Source: Callorhinchus milii (Eukaryota). From it: DNA of 64,000 nucleotides. Below, one piece after another: positions 38,830 through 52,441 of the stretch. The translations under genes were made by a program, and so were the position numbers. The notes below the pieces were generated by a model. The model was not told the origin of the DNA. It saw only the letters and a program-made list of their open reading frames with translations, and made no database searches. Every line of letters starts with the position of its first letter. Position 1 is the stretch's first letter. Location: contig NW_024704742.1 in NCBI RefSeq assembly GCF_018977255.1, positions 18,664,001 through 18,728,000 of the forward strand, given 5' to 3'.

Positions 38830-39160
38830 CCAGTTCTTGCATTTGATATAGCACCTTTCACATCATGAGGACCTCTCAAAGCATTTCACAAAGCTGAGTG
38901 GTGCCCAAGCTGGGGGAGGGGGGTGGTCTGAGAAGGAGAGGGGGAGGTGGGGGGAAGGAAGTTACTAATAGCATGTTCAAAAAGATAGTTCTTAAAGAGG
39001 CTTTAGTTGTGAGGAGACTAGGCAGAGAGGCTGTGGGATGGAGTTCCACAGAGAGAGGGCAAAATGGCAGAAAGCTTGGGCACTGATGGTGAAGCAGATC
39101 AAGTGGATCTGTTGAGCAGGACATTTGAATAATCTGGGAGAAGAGATAATGGCAGAGGTG
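38830..39160 (-). mobile_element. Old L2 3' fragment
   Basis: Minus strand AQAFCHFALSLWNSIPQPLCL; purine-rich UTR on + strand and L2 tail. Confidence 0.7.
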
Positions 39161-40111
39161 AGTGAAACAGCAATGTTAACACAATGACCTGGTGGTGTGG
39201 CTCTGTAGGATTCCAATTTAGTTAAACCAGTATTCCACAACGCAATTCAAACATTGGTCCTATCTCATTGTATCTCACTGCTGGATTAATTTAACTGAAA
39301 TAAAATTAAAAACGTCTGCAACAATATTTCAGCAATGTTTCAGTCCCTTTATTGGGCTCAGGACAGATCAGTGCCAGGTGAAAACATAAACCAAATGGTT
39401 GATATTGTGTCACAAAATCAATAATTGCTTTCAATGCAGAAATACATTTCATTTCATTTCTGTTAAAAATAATACTCAGTATTGTTTCCAATAAACCATT
39501 ATGTATTACTAAACTAACTTAAACCCACTCATCTTATGGAAATATCTGCTGTAATTGGGAAAAAAATTGAATGAGATTGCTATAGCAATCTGTTTTTACC
39601 TGGCACACTCCCAGATGCCATTGCCGTTGTCTCCCCCATCATTGAGTCTGCCTGGATAATAAATAGCAACACTGTCTCCTTCCACTATCATCTCAATCCC
39701 TATACCGTGCGTTACAAACACCTGCATCATTATGTACCCTTATTGCCTGCCCTACTTAAACTACTTAAGCAACCACCATATTTATTTTTAATGAAAATAC
39801 ACTGCAGAATGTAGCAAACACCAAATACATATTCATCTGGAAATCGTGATCTACACTAGTTATAGGGATGAATTGTATTTGGACGTCTTTATTTTCGCCT
39901 AGCACTTTTTACAATTTACTTTTCCTAGAGATACTTGTCTACGCTAGGCTGTAGTTTTCAATTCTCGGAAATTTATGCAAATATTATACCTAATAGGGAT
40001 TCTGCTTCACATGATATTCACATATGAACATGCCCTAGCAGGAGTCATGGAATAAATAGGTTCAGATGCCCAAACATATCTCAAGGGCTTAGCCAATATC
40101 TTACCATTTGA

Positions 40112-40172
40112 GATTGTACAAAATTCTTAAATTCAGATTTAATTTGGAAGCTGTTTTTCTCTGGCTCTAAAG
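40112..40172. mobile_element. Palindromic MITE-like family, half copy
   Basis: gattgtacaaaattcttaaattcagatttaatttggaagctgtttttct matches the family arm. Confidence 0.6.
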
Positions 40173-40616
40173 GAAAATTGTAGAGTACAGCTATCAAACA
40201 AAGAACAATTTACGTTCTTCATGCAGAACAATGTCTCAGAGCTCCTCACAAATAGGGCAGCTTGTATTTTCATCTCATTATGAGATTAAAAATGCTGTTA
40301 ATAAAAGGTACTGTAGTAAAGGCGGGTGGTCAGTGATGCCGTACACATTTTTGCACCAAATTCACCATTTTCCTCTATTTGAGTGTTAGTCTCTGAAAGG
40401 GTTAAACACACATTAAAGGGTGAGAACACCTTTTTCAATGTCATTTTGCAAATGAAAGTCTGGTGCACCTTCACCATGCATAGTGAGGTAATGATTCCAC
40501 CTATATTGCCCATATATGAAATCTGATTTCAATGGGAAATAGAAGCACAAAAATGTAAAAAATGGAGGAGTTGGAGCCATTTATCAACGATCAAGGTTGA
40601 GCTCCAGGAGCCATAG

Positions 40617-40750
40617 TATAATGCTTTGGGCTGTATTAATAATAATCCTTGCATTTGATACAGCCTTATCGCATCGTTGAGATGTCTCAAAGCACTTCAT
40701 AGAATTTATTGTAAAGTGGAGTGACTGTGTATTTTATGGGCGAAACACAC
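40617..40750 (-). mobile_element. SINE 3' fragment
   Basis: taataataatccttgcatttgataca... Confidence 0.8.
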
Positions 40751-42789
40751 ACAACAGACACTGTTTTGTGTGAGGTGGGGGTGTTGGATGAGTTCGAAGG
40801 TAGATCAACAGAACATAATCGTATTCACAGCACCAGCACCGGGTTTAAATGAACAATGAAGTCAAACCATTGCAATGTCTTTCCAGAAATGGGAGCCACC
40901 AACATATAGAGAAGTATGACTGTATGTGGTTTCTGTGCAAGTGGGGGGAGGGTAGGGGCTTACTGGTACCACCAATTGACAGCAGTGGAGGAGATGATGG
41001 CACTAGGAATCCTCATTCCTGTTTTGAATGTAGGCTTGATCCTTAGTAAGGTCCCAGAGATAAATAACCAGTGTTCAAACTGTTGTGAGACCCAAGCCAC
41101 CTGCATCTTTTTTATACTGTCTACGACATCTCTTTGCACAATTGCTGCCTATATAGTGTTAACTACATCACTTGAGCATGTCAAGAGCAAACTGAATTGA
41201 AATCAAAAGAGTGACCTGTATTGGTTTTATTTATGAATACCCCAATTTGGCCTCATTCAGACTGCTTTTGTTTGGATGTCACTGTCCCTTTCACAATATA
41301 GTCGTGGTCGGGAACAGAGAGGCAACAATTTGCATTCATCCCTATGGCTGCGGATATTGGGATCTTGGTTATCCACTGGGAATCGGAGTAACTCTAAGCT
41401 TCTTTTGGATTTCATACAGGTCTTCACCGCCCACTGAAAGAAAGAAAAACCTTATCCCATCTGTTTGCTCAGGTTTAGTACTCAAATGCCAGAGGTAGGT
41501 GATGCAATTCTCCATCTCAACACAGGACTGTGTTGTACCCTTTGACTTCCTATCTCATAAGCAGTAATATTATTAAACTTGATATTAATTTTCTTTCTTA
41601 GTTTGATTGATGGCAGTTGTATGCAAAATATGCAAATAGTTTTTCAATCTTGCTTGAAATCTCTTTAAAAAGGTTATGTTAATTCATCCATTAATTTAAA
41701 GCTGTATTGCTAGCAACATCAAATATGTTACTCATAAACATAAATATACTGCAGATAATAATTTATTCCTAAAAATGCTTGATAAATTATTCAGTTTTTC
41801 TTGAGATAATAACCCCTTAAAATTTACTAAACTAACTGAACTACCAAACTAATGATTGTAGAATATCAATCGAGAAGACCAGCTGTTAATCGTTCTGGGA
41901 TAAAGTAGCGGAAACATTATTCATATTTTTTTGAATAAATCAATACAGCCAGCCTTCATTTCAGAGGAATTCAACACTGATGTGTTGAAGAATGCACATG
42001 AAGCAATGTCTATATTTACCGCTAAGAAAAATACAACTCACAACATGAAAAAAATACTTTTGGAATAAGCTCCAGGTGTCTGGATCTGTTCAACAGACTT
42101 TTATTGTACTCATTAAGGTGACTAATGGCATTGCTGGCAAATGGAACTTCATGATAGCAGTTTGTTCCAAAGACATGAATGAACACTTATATGATGAGTG
42201 GCTGAAGGCAACCTCTAGGGTCAAGCTACTGTGATACAATTCTAAACAAGTCAGCTTCAGATAATGCCAGCTTCCTTTCCCTGTGACAAGTTTGATTTAT
42301 TACACATATATGAGTGAATATTATTGCCTACAGGATTTTTGTTTGCACAGGAGAGATTAAAGATCACAAATTAAATTATAGGTGTGTGAAATAATAAAGG
42401 GCAAAATGTTATTAGTGAGATAGTTTCTTAAAAAAAAGACAAACTGTGAATGCTACCAAAGTAAAATTGGGCTTACTTTTCAGCGCTGCCCAAACTTTCC
42501 ATGTTTGGGATACCTTCAAAGGCGCTGCTGAAATGTAAATGAATGGGCACCAGGAGGGAAGTACCAGCCTCTGGAAACAATGGAATCTGACACAATAATG
42601 GAAGCATTGACCCCTACTAAAGTGGGGGTGCACGGACAATCATGTTTCTGTGCTCGGGCATGAGATTGAATTACTCACTAGGCTTGTAATACAGTTTGGG
42701 CATTCTTAGCTAGTAAGGAGAATCTCTAAGGATTGGGGGAGTTCTGTTGCCAGAAGAATAATCATGATATGGAAACAATTGAATGCAAG

Positions 42790-42980
42790 CTTGCTCATGA
42801 GCAAGTAGAGAGTAATTAATGACTAGAACAAGTTACCGGGAAAGGCAATTGAGGACAGGACACTGGTCTCATTGTAACAATATGATGGGAGGAGGTTAGG
42901 GTGGGTATTCTGGAAGGACAAAATCAAACGGGCTGGATGGCCTTCTTTATCAGAACCTCTCTTATGATCTTGTGATGTGC
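42790..42980 (+). mobile_element. Old CR1 3' end
   Basis: agagtaattaatgactagaacaagttacc (RV...WN.LP-like) and gggctggatggccttc...cttatgatcttg tail. Confidence 0.6.
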
Positions 42981-44864
42981 TGCTGCTTTTACAATGCTGA
43001 CGTGCCTTGGATTCTACCCTGGAAAGTAAACAGAGCACCAGCTGTTTCTCAAGGTTAAGACTGCACGCTCGTGCTTTTTGCCAACTTCCCCAGATGATCC
43101 ATTGCACTTTCATTTAGAAGTAATTTTCTCAACCTCGAAACCATATCTTGACTTCCTAGTTTATCTCACTATCGAAAATGGAACACAACATTCTTCTGGT
43201 TCAGTGGTAACTATGCATGTTAATGTGCTGCCAAAACCACTGAGTGTCCACAGCAAAGTTCAGGCTCTTACTTAAACAAAAAAGAGCGAGCTAGTTTAGT
43301 GTGCATGAAATTCTATATGGCAGATTGCCAAAGATTGTTTTATAAATCAAAAGTGGAATGAAAGCAGAAACCTGAATTTTATTTGTGTTACAGTGATGGA
43401 ACCATCCTATTTTATAATGATGCTTCTTATAAATATTGCTTTATAATTCTGGCATCTGATAATATGCCCCTAAAAAGATTTCTGTTCCTAATGCATTTGG
43501 TTTCTCTCTGCAGTGATCTCTGATCTGCTGAAAGTCTACAGCTAGCAAATCACCTCACTACCAGATTTTGAAGAAATGACCTAAATTCAGCAGTTTTCTA
43601 TTAGGAGCTATCAATGTAGAACCCAAGAACCCATTTAAAACACCCTCAGCTCCCAATCCCAACTCAGGTGTTACGACCTTTGGGATATCCTCCTGATGTG
43701 AAAGTTAATATACAAATGTAAATTTGTATTGCAATTTCTTCTACTGGAAGCTGTTGGAGTACAGAATGGAAATTTGCAAATGTGTTATTTGCTCCCAGAT
43801 TTTAATATAATGAGAGAGAAAATGTGGCAGGGTATGAGTTGGAGTCTGTTCATATTGTTATCATTGCAGAGGTTTCTTATTCCATTGCAGTTACAAGAAA
43901 TTAAGGCTGTACAAGAAATTCTTTGTATTTTGTTGATTAAATGTTTACTCAGGATTGTGATTCAACTTTTGAAAAGCTGTGATGCCATTCTGACTACACG
44001 CAAAGGGTATAATGGGATTCTGGGATTGGTGGCAATCCTGTAATTTCATCAAGAGAGTGGAGGGGATAAAACATGAGTGTAAAGCTTGGGCTGTTTATAA
44101 CCAACGTCTAAACTGCAAGTGTTAATTGCATTCCCAAAATTGCTTTCATTTGTCTGTTATCATCCATCAATTTCATTCTTTTTGTTCACCTAAAAATAGT
44201 CACTACACTTTACAGTGACATTTCAACAACGTGATAAGGCACGCTATGAAATGCAAGGATTATTATGATTATATGTTGCAGGGTTTGTATTCTGTTTCAG
44301 GTTTTTTAACCGGCTATCCATTACCAAATGCTGGGATAGAGTATATATTTAATGGGACTAATGAAGACCTGGGAATGATTGCAAGAAAGTAATCTCATGC
44401 TGAAGGATTCAGGTGTTGTCAAACCTTGTGAAAGCAGAGCCCAACCAGTTTATCATATTGTCCAGTTAAAATCACTTCCATCTGCCTTACTTTTTTTTGC
44501 AAATGAACTTTGGAGCTTTTTGAATTGTTTACACTCTCTAGTGTCAGGGCATCCAGTACTCTTCATTTAAATTGTGATAAGGTAATATCCATACTGAAGG
44601 GTTGGTGGTTGGAACGTATTCACTTCATGTTTGTCCAGCAATACCAAACAGCTGATCAACAGAAAACAAGCACACAATTGGGGCACATCAGTTAATGAGT
44701 ACAGTGGGGGTAAAACATATGATCATTTTCATTGATGTTTATTTCATATTGACTAAAAGCAAATTCATATCAGTTCATTATTCTAATAATCCTTGTCTTT
44801 GATACACCTAAAGTGCTTCACAACCTGTCATATTTAGTGCTTGTGCATTTTGTAGGCAACCACT

Positions 44865-45212
44865 GGAGTCCTGTAACTCAGTGGTTAAAGCTCTCGCCTC
44901 ACAAGCGAGAGACCTAGGTTCGATTCCCGGCAGGGCAAAATGTTGGGTGAGTTTCCTTACTCCACACGCCTCTGTTTACCTAGCAGTAAATATGAACCTC
45001 GTTGTTAGTCGATTGCCGGATCGCTTTCCCAGGGGTAATAATTCCTTTTTAAAAAAATTGTTTACTCAATCCACGACTGTTTGTGGGACACTGCCGCATT
45101 TTGCCCTCAAAATATACAGTCAATTTACTTTACAGTATATTCTGTGAAGCTCTTTGAGATGTCTCGAAGACATGATAAGGCGGTATAACAAATGCAAGGA
45201 TTATTATTATTA
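44865..45212 (+). mobile_element. SINE form B, full length
   Basis: tRNA head with B box ggttcgattccc; 65-bp B segment at 44971-45035; tail. Confidence 0.93.
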
Positions 45213-45224
45213 TAGACAACGCAA

Positions 45225-45430
45225 ACAATTTGCAATATGAGCTCCCACAAATAGCCATGGAATGAACGATCAAAATTTGGGGGATTAATGGCCAGGACAC
45301 TGGGAGAATAGTGCTATGGGATCTTTTATAGCCACCTGAACAAGCAGACGCAAACTTGGTTTAACATCTCATCCAAGGACCACAATGCAGCTCTGTGCTG
45401 CACTGGGAGCTCAAGGCCTCTATGTAGGTT
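45225..45430 (-). mobile_element. DeuSINE relic
   Basis: ggccaggacactgggaga...atgggatcttttatagccacctgaacaagcagac...ggtttaacatctcatcc. Confidence 0.75.
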
Positions 45431-46419
45431 TTGAAACCACAACATTGTGGGGAAATTAACTATTTTAAAAACAAACTGCAGATTATTTAAGGTCATAATA
45501 TTGGTGCTCACAAATCCACTTGAGATGCTTTTTGTAAGCTATCTGTATGCGCATTGGATAGTTTAGGATAGGAAAAGACCAATGAGCCTAACTTCCCCAT
45601 CACTTTACAATAATCATTACCCCAGCTTCTCATTATTCTCCTTTTGCCAGTGCATTTTTCATTCTCTATAGCAGAGTACCCTTACACCCCAAGAAAAAAT
45701 CCTTACATTTCTACATCAGAGCATAACCCTAAATATCCTTCCATTCCTTCTCTGTCCAGAAAAAAACACATCAGGGAGTCCTATTTATATTGTCCACATC
45801 AGTACTCTTTCCTAATAACTTTTCCAAAACCTTATTGGAATAAGCGTAAGAACGTTCCACCTGACTTCTCTTCTTCCTCCTAAACTTCCTTATTTTGACA
45901 TGTCCTCTGGCATTTGAAACCTTCAGCAGAGTGAACACTTCCTCAAATCAACCTTCTCAATCTCCTGTTTAATCTTGCAAAACATTCATCAGGTCACCTT
46001 GCAATTTCCTCTTCACCTCCAACCACTTGCTCTGCAACTTACTATCCATTATTTCTCCTTAGTACTGAAAGGGTAAAAAAAATCATCATCCTCAGCAGAT
46101 TCAGTCAATCACTAACAAGTGAAAAGAGGAATTTCACAACCATAAAATTCAGATACGAGTAAACGACTGTAATCTAGGATGCAATTAATGTAGCAGTTGC
46201 CTCTTTGTAACAAGGTTTTGCAGAATATAAACTGGTAGCAAGCAATTGCTCATTGTATCACGCCCATTAGATTCTCACCTGGAATTTAGATAGGTACCTT
46301 CTGGTAAGATGTTTGTTTCCATGGCAATTTTTACTGCATTTCAATTCCCTTAGCCATCTGCGCCACTGAAAGCAATTTACTCACTGGGATGTGCTTGAAA
46401 TCTGCAAAGTAACCCACTT

Positions 46420-46897
46420 TGTGCTGGGGGTATACTCTGTTGGTTAGAGGTTAATTAAATCAAGGTCTAATTTGCCTGTTCAGGTAGATGTTAAAGATCC
46501 AATAGCAACTATTCGCAAAGAGAAGGGAGATTCTCGCAGTTTCTCCGGCTCAAAATTCTCTATTAATTTGGAAGCCGGTTTTCTGCAGTTCTTAAAAAGG
46601 AGCAGCTTTCAATTGCACAGAATTGTGGAAAATTCTTGACTTCAGACTTAATGACTGAATTTACGAATTTTCCACAATTCTGCACAATGTTAAAATTGTC
46701 AAATTCTTGCTTGCATCCGGTCAACAATACCTCTAAATAAAATTGGTCATTCATTTCAGTGCGGTGTGAAGGGTAGGGCACTGCTGCGTGAAATGCAATG
46801 TCCATTCAACTACAAATACACAGTAAATCCTGTGAAGCTCTTTGACACTTCTGCCTGACATGCAAGGTACTATACCAAATGCAAAGATTATTATTAA
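46420..46897 (+). mobile_element. DeuSINE relic interrupted by a palindromic element (~46560-46714)
   Basis: gcctgttcaggtagatgttaaagatcc...ttctccgg | insertion | tccggtcaacaat...ccaaatgcaaagattattatt. Confidence 0.7.
46560..46714. mobile_element. Palindromic MITE-like family copy with internal 18-bp perfect inverted repeat
   Basis: Homologous to 47251-47370; arms at 46618-46635 and 46665-46682. Confidence 0.75.
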
Positions 46898-47250
46898 GAT
46901 CATTGCATCTATAAATTGAAAACTGGAGATTATTTAACATATTGAAACATTGACTCCTTACAAAAGATGATGCTAAAAATATATCACCTTCATCAAATTT
47001 GCCTTTAAATAATTGCTCAGCAATTTTAAGTAATAACGAATTTGCAGTCAGACACACTGACCTTTTAATCTTCAGAGGCGAGAAACAAAATAATTGACAA
47101 AGGCAACTTTTTGACATGGGATCGTACAGGAAATTGAGAACTATGCACTTCAGCTAGGGCATGGTACATAAAGCCAAATACCCACCTGTAAATCCATCCA
47201 GTCTTAAAAATTAACCGTGACTCAGCATTGTAGCAAATCCTTAAATTTAC

Positions 47251-47370
47251 TATTAATTTGGAAGCCGTTTTTCTGCTGTTCTTAAGAAGGAGCAGCTTCC
47301 AAATTAAGACTGAAGTTAAGAATTTTCTACAATTCTGCCCGATCTTAAAATGGTCAAATTCTTGCTTGTA
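47251..47370. mobile_element. Palindromic MITE-like family copy
   Basis: ttaatttggaagc (47253-47265) and gcttccaaattaa (47295-47307) form a perfect inverted repeat; homologous to 46560 and 63135. Confidence 0.75.
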
Positions 47371-47860
47371 TTCATATTACCTGCGCCTCTCAGCATTTTA
47401 ATCTTTCGCACAAAATGCCTCAATCTTTACTTTCCCCAAGAAAAAATGTTCAGCTTCTGTCATCCTTTTCTCAAGGAGTAGAGGCTGAGGTCCTAAAATT
47501 ATTTTTGTTAGTTATCTGTGAACTCTCTCACATGCCTGCAGCAGTCCAATTGTAGTCTCACCAGGCATTTATTCTACAAGGTTAGAATAATGTTTTACAG
47601 ATGAATGATTTTAACACATAACTGAGAACATTGTAACAATATTTCAGGTCCATTAAAATTAGACGCTGCATTATAGCGATCCCTGAATAAAATGGTCACT
47701 GGTCCTACGTCCAGGTAATCAGGTCACCAGTGATATCATATCGATCTAGGAGGCGTCTTATAAAGTAAAGTTCCCTCTATTATCTTTGTTTAGAGCAGCT
47801 TCATAGTACAAGATCAGTCATAACACTCAAATCTTTTTCCTTCTTCACCTCTGTTAATAG

Positions 47861-48415
47861 ACATAACATAATATGTAGGAGCAGGAGTAGGCCATTCGGC
47901 CCTTCAAGCCTACCCCGCCATTCAATCATGGCTGATCTTCTAATCTAACTCCAGCTAATAACGTAACTCTGCTTTATCCCCATATCTCTTAATCCCTTTT
48001 GCAATAAAAAATCTATCTAACTTAGTCTTGAATATGTTCAAGGACAGAGCATCAGCAGCCCTTTGGGGTAGTGAGTTCCATACATTCACCATCCTTTGAG
48101 TGAAGAAGTTCTTCCTCAACTCAGTGCGAAAGGGCTGGCCTCTGATTTTAAGGTTGTGACCCCTGGTTTTAGTTTCTCCAGCCAGGGGAAACAATCTCCC
48201 ACTATCTACTCAATCATGCCCTTTGACGATCTTATATGTTTCTATAAGATCCCCTCTAATTCTTCTATATTCTAGAGAATATAGGCCCAAGTTGGTCAGC
48301 CTATCCTCGTAACTCATCCCCTTCATCCCGGGTATTAACCTAGTAAATCTACGCTGCACCCCCCCTCCAAGGTAAGTACATCCTTCCTTAACTAAGGAGA
48401 CCAAAACTGCACACA
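47861..48415 (-). mobile_element. CR1 LINE 3' fragment, well preserved
   Basis: GVQRRFTRLIPGMKGMSYEDRLTNLGLYSLEYRRIRGDLIETYKI and FPLAGETKTRGHNLKIRGQPFRTELRKNFFTQRMVNVWNSLP; 3' UTR ending ggcctactcctgctcct. Confidence 0.95.
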
Positions 48416-48439
48416 ATAAATTGTCATCATTGTGTATGT

Positions 48440-49210
48440 GTTTACTGTTCGTGGTTCTTAGATGCATCACAAAGGATACACATTTCACCTCACTAAGGCA
48501 GTCTGGAACCTTGGCATCTTGTTTGACCCTCAACTTCCTTTCTATCGAACATCCATGCCATAAGCCGCTCTGCCTTCCCCCACCTCCGCAATATTGCCCA
48601 GCTCCATCACTACCTCATCCCTCAGGCTGCCGAAACCCTCAACTACACATTCATCACATCTAGGCTTGACTACGCCAACTCCCAGCTTGCTGGACTTCCC
48701 AACTCTTCCCTCCACAAGCTACACATCTCCATCACCAGGTCCTGTGACCCCATCAACCCCATCCTGGCCCGGCTCTACTAGTTCCCCAGTGGATAGAGTT
48801 CAAAATCCTCGTCCTCACCTTCAAGGCCTTCCATGGTCTTGCCCCTCCCTACCTCTGCAACCTGCTGACCCCATATTTACCTGTCCACTCCCTCCACTCA
48901 GCAGGCTCTGGCCTGCTCCACATCCTCCACCCAGCCGGCTCCATCATCGTCGGCCGGCCTTCAGCCTTTCTGCTCCCACACTATGGAACTCCATCCCATA
49001 TTCCTTTCGCCTCACTCCCTCCCTTGCCTCCTTCAAAGGGTGTATCAAACCCTCCTCTTCAACTGAGTCTTCGGCCACCCTGCTTACTGTCCCTGCCCTC
49101 CAACCTCCCCAATCCAGACCCCCAGCTCGGGTCCAAATCCCTGACTGTCCAGTGCCCTGGGACGTCCTCCCGACATGAAAGGCGCTATATACATGTAATA
49201 TTGTATTGCA
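48440..49210 (+). mobile_element. L2 LINE 3' fragment
   Basis: NLGILFDP.L.F, AAETL...FITSRLDYAN and RPAFSLSAPTLWNSIP motifs; tail gggacgtcctcccgacatgaaaggcgc. Confidence 0.92.
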
Positions 49211-49477
49211 TATTCATTTCCAATAGAATCCTTTTCTTTGGTCCATTTGCTTAAGTGTCCAAAGCTTCTGAATGCTGTTCATGGTCATGTCCATATCCCT
49301 TGGCATAATCACACAAAGTACACTCCTAACACAAAGTACTCTCCAAGTCATTTATCAATCGTGTTGAACAAAATGATGCTCATTTCTCTCGCATTTCTCT
49401 CCTGCTCCTCCTCCCTTTACTCTTCCCCTCCCGGGACTAGTCCTACTCAGAATACTTCTTGCTTCTGCGCTTGAAAA

Positions 49478-49764
49478 TGCAAGTGAGAGACCTGAGTTCA
49501 ATTCCAGGCAGGGCGAAACCTTGGGCAAGTTTCCTTACTCCACACGCCTAATAATAATCCCTCCAAAACCAAAAATAATAATAAATTGGTCATTTTCAAT
49601 CTACGACTGTTTGTGGGACATTGCTGTGCGCAATTGGCTGCCGCGTTCGCCCACAAATATACAGTCAATTCACTTTACAGTATATTCTGTGAAGCGCTTT
49701 GGGAGGTCCTCCCGACGTGAAAAGCGCTATATCAAATGCAAGGATTATTATTATTATTATTATT
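49478..49764 (+). mobile_element. SINE form A, slightly 5'-truncated, young
   Basis: Starts within the anticodon arm; otherwise near consensus. Confidence 0.95.
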
Positions 49765-51262
49765 CTGTATACAAAACTTAATACAAAATAATAAACATAC
49801 ATTTCCAAGGGAAAGCAATTTCCCTATAAAATAGGAATCTGCAAATAGCCAAAAAATGGTGCTAAACTGATCAGTTTGTATACATTTTGGTTTTTAAAGG
49901 AACAAATTGGTTAAGAAGAAATAATAAATGAAGATACCAATGGTCCAGAAATAGAATGGGATCCACCATAGAACTGACAAGAAAAAGCAAGTATTTTTAT
50001 GGTGTTCAGCCTCAGTTGGACATTACACTGTTAACTCTGGCAATATCCATTCTTGAGGATGACTCACCAGGCTCCACTTTGACAGAAGTGGTATAAGATA
50101 TCATAAGTAGCTGATTGCCAGCATTTTGCTGATCCAGGGTACAACCAATAATCATAACATCTCAGTCAGAAAAATGTATACTTGACTGCGTGTCTTATGT
50201 ATGCATCCTCCCTAGGTGAAGGTAATAAACGCTCACTTTGCAACACATGATGCAATGCATCATAAGCAGGAACATCAGGACTTAGACACAGTATGAAATA
50301 CATGCTCTTCGTACTTCTTTACACATAATATGGCTAGAAATCTAATGCAACCATTTGGGAAAATATGAGATATTTTTCATTAAATTACATACCAAATACA
50401 GCCTGGCTCAGTTGACTCATGTTTGAGTCAGAAAATTAAGGGGTCAAGCCCCCACATATAGTCTATTCTAACACTCCAATGAAGTGCTGGTGTGTGCATT
50501 TTTTGTGGTGCAAAGATTGCTGTGTTATTTGAATTGTTCCTCATTAATGGGTGGAGTTCAGAGCAATGTTAGTTTCCTATTTGAAATCTTTTCTTTTAAC
50601 TCCAGTGCTTATATACAACTGCTTGCTTGTGGCTTTGATGAGCTACATTTGTATCCCACCTTTAAAAAAAGCTCACTAAACTTTACAGTAAATTCTGTGA
50701 AGTGCTTGGAAACATTCCCACAACATGAATGGCGCTATATCATCAAAAGCAAGAAACATTATTAATACAGACTACTGTTCAAGGAAACATCATGGCAGAT
50801 GAGACAGCAGGTTGGATTGTGAGCCTGTTCATTTAAGGCAAACGTTCTTTCAGTTCAGCTATTGCTGCTTTCAGACATAAACATTTGTCTTTTTCTGTGT
50901 CTGTGCAGATGGAAGCAGCTCCTCTTCTCAGAGATTTATTTTCACCTTTGCACAGAGGAGACTCTACTCCCACTGAGTCACAGACTTGACAAGTCTTTGC
51001 AATGTAGGAAGTGCCACCTTGGGAACCGAGATGTGATAATGATATTCATGATTATTATCACATCACCTTGCAGAACTTTCACCTTGTGTATGAATATTCA
51101 GCCTAGTGGTAAAACAGCTAAAAGCAACATTACTGAATAAAGGCCAATTTCATGTGTGAGTAACTTAAATTAGATTGCTGCTTCGATGCACTTCCTGTCA
51201 ATTTGATTTGACTATAAGATTTGACTTTAAATTAAGAATTTATTTTAATTTAATTTTACTTT

Positions 51263-51624
51263 CCTTACATTTGATATAGTGCCTTATCATGTCTTTGAGA
51301 CATCTCAAAGCACTTCACGGAATATACTGTAAAATGAAATGAATGTATATTTTGTGGATGAAACACGGCAGCCAATTGCACGCAGCAGTGTCCCACAAAC
51401 AGTCGTGGATTGAGTGACCTAATTATTATTATTATTATTATTTTCGTTTTGAAGGGATTATTACCCCCGGAAAAACGATATGCCAAGCGACTAATAACCG
51501 AGTTCCTATTTACTGCTAGGTAAACAGAGGCGTGTGAAGTAAGGGAACTTACCCTGCCTGGGAATCGAACCCAAGTCCTCTCTCTTGTGAGGTGAGTGCT
51601 CCAAACAATAAGCTACAGAACTCC
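51263..51624 (-). mobile_element. SINE form B, near full length
   Basis: Reverse complement shows head, B segment and tail. Confidence 0.92.
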
Positions 51625-52441
51625 AATTTAATTTTATGAAGGAATTTTATTCCATTTTAGATTCACATTTATGCTTTTAATGACCTTCTTGCCAATCGCA
51701 GCTGTCCAAGTGCTTCAGATTGCAGTTAACAGTTAATGGTGTGTCAAGTAGCTCTTTTGAAGAAAAGCTAGATGAATATCTCAGTGAGACAAGGATTGAA
51801 GGGTACCAGGATAAGTTGAGGCAGAGATGATCAAATACTATACAGCACACTGTGGTCTGAGTCCTGCTGGGACCACAGAAATGTCATCGGTGGAAAGCAG
51901 TCAGACAGGGTTGAACTATTGAGATTGTAATGTTAAATGAATTTCCTGCGGTTTTCATTTGATAACTATCTGAGTTCAGGTAGAAGCTTTTCAAAGTTTT
52001 ATCTTATTTTATTTTGGCTTTGATTCTTCACTGGTCTTGAGAGTTAATAACTGGGGACAATGATTGTGTCAGACATTCATTGTCTGTTAAAAGGAAAAGG
52101 TTTGATGTGTCAAATACCACTTGTCATTTCAGACTCTTGATATTTTGTACTAATCCATATTATCAGTGTATGACTATTATTACTGCACATTTATTCATAA
52201 ATAGTCTAAATTTTATTATTGAGTTTTGTTTACTGAGACGATATTTACGTAAATGCTTCTCAGTAGCTGAGGTTTTGGACTATAAATCCAAAAATGTGGC
52301 CACATTTGACAGATTATTATAGCAGAGATTTCAGATTCAAATGTGAAAATTAACTTCTTCCAAATGCATCTCATTACATTGCTTATTGTATTTAATGTTT
52401 AGTAATTAATTTTATGATTAATTTAGAAGAACCAATTGGTA

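Noticed and set aside
50909..51010. Strong polypyrimidine tract and AG acceptor at 50908
   Set aside because: No convincing donor downstream and no recognisable peptide in any frame
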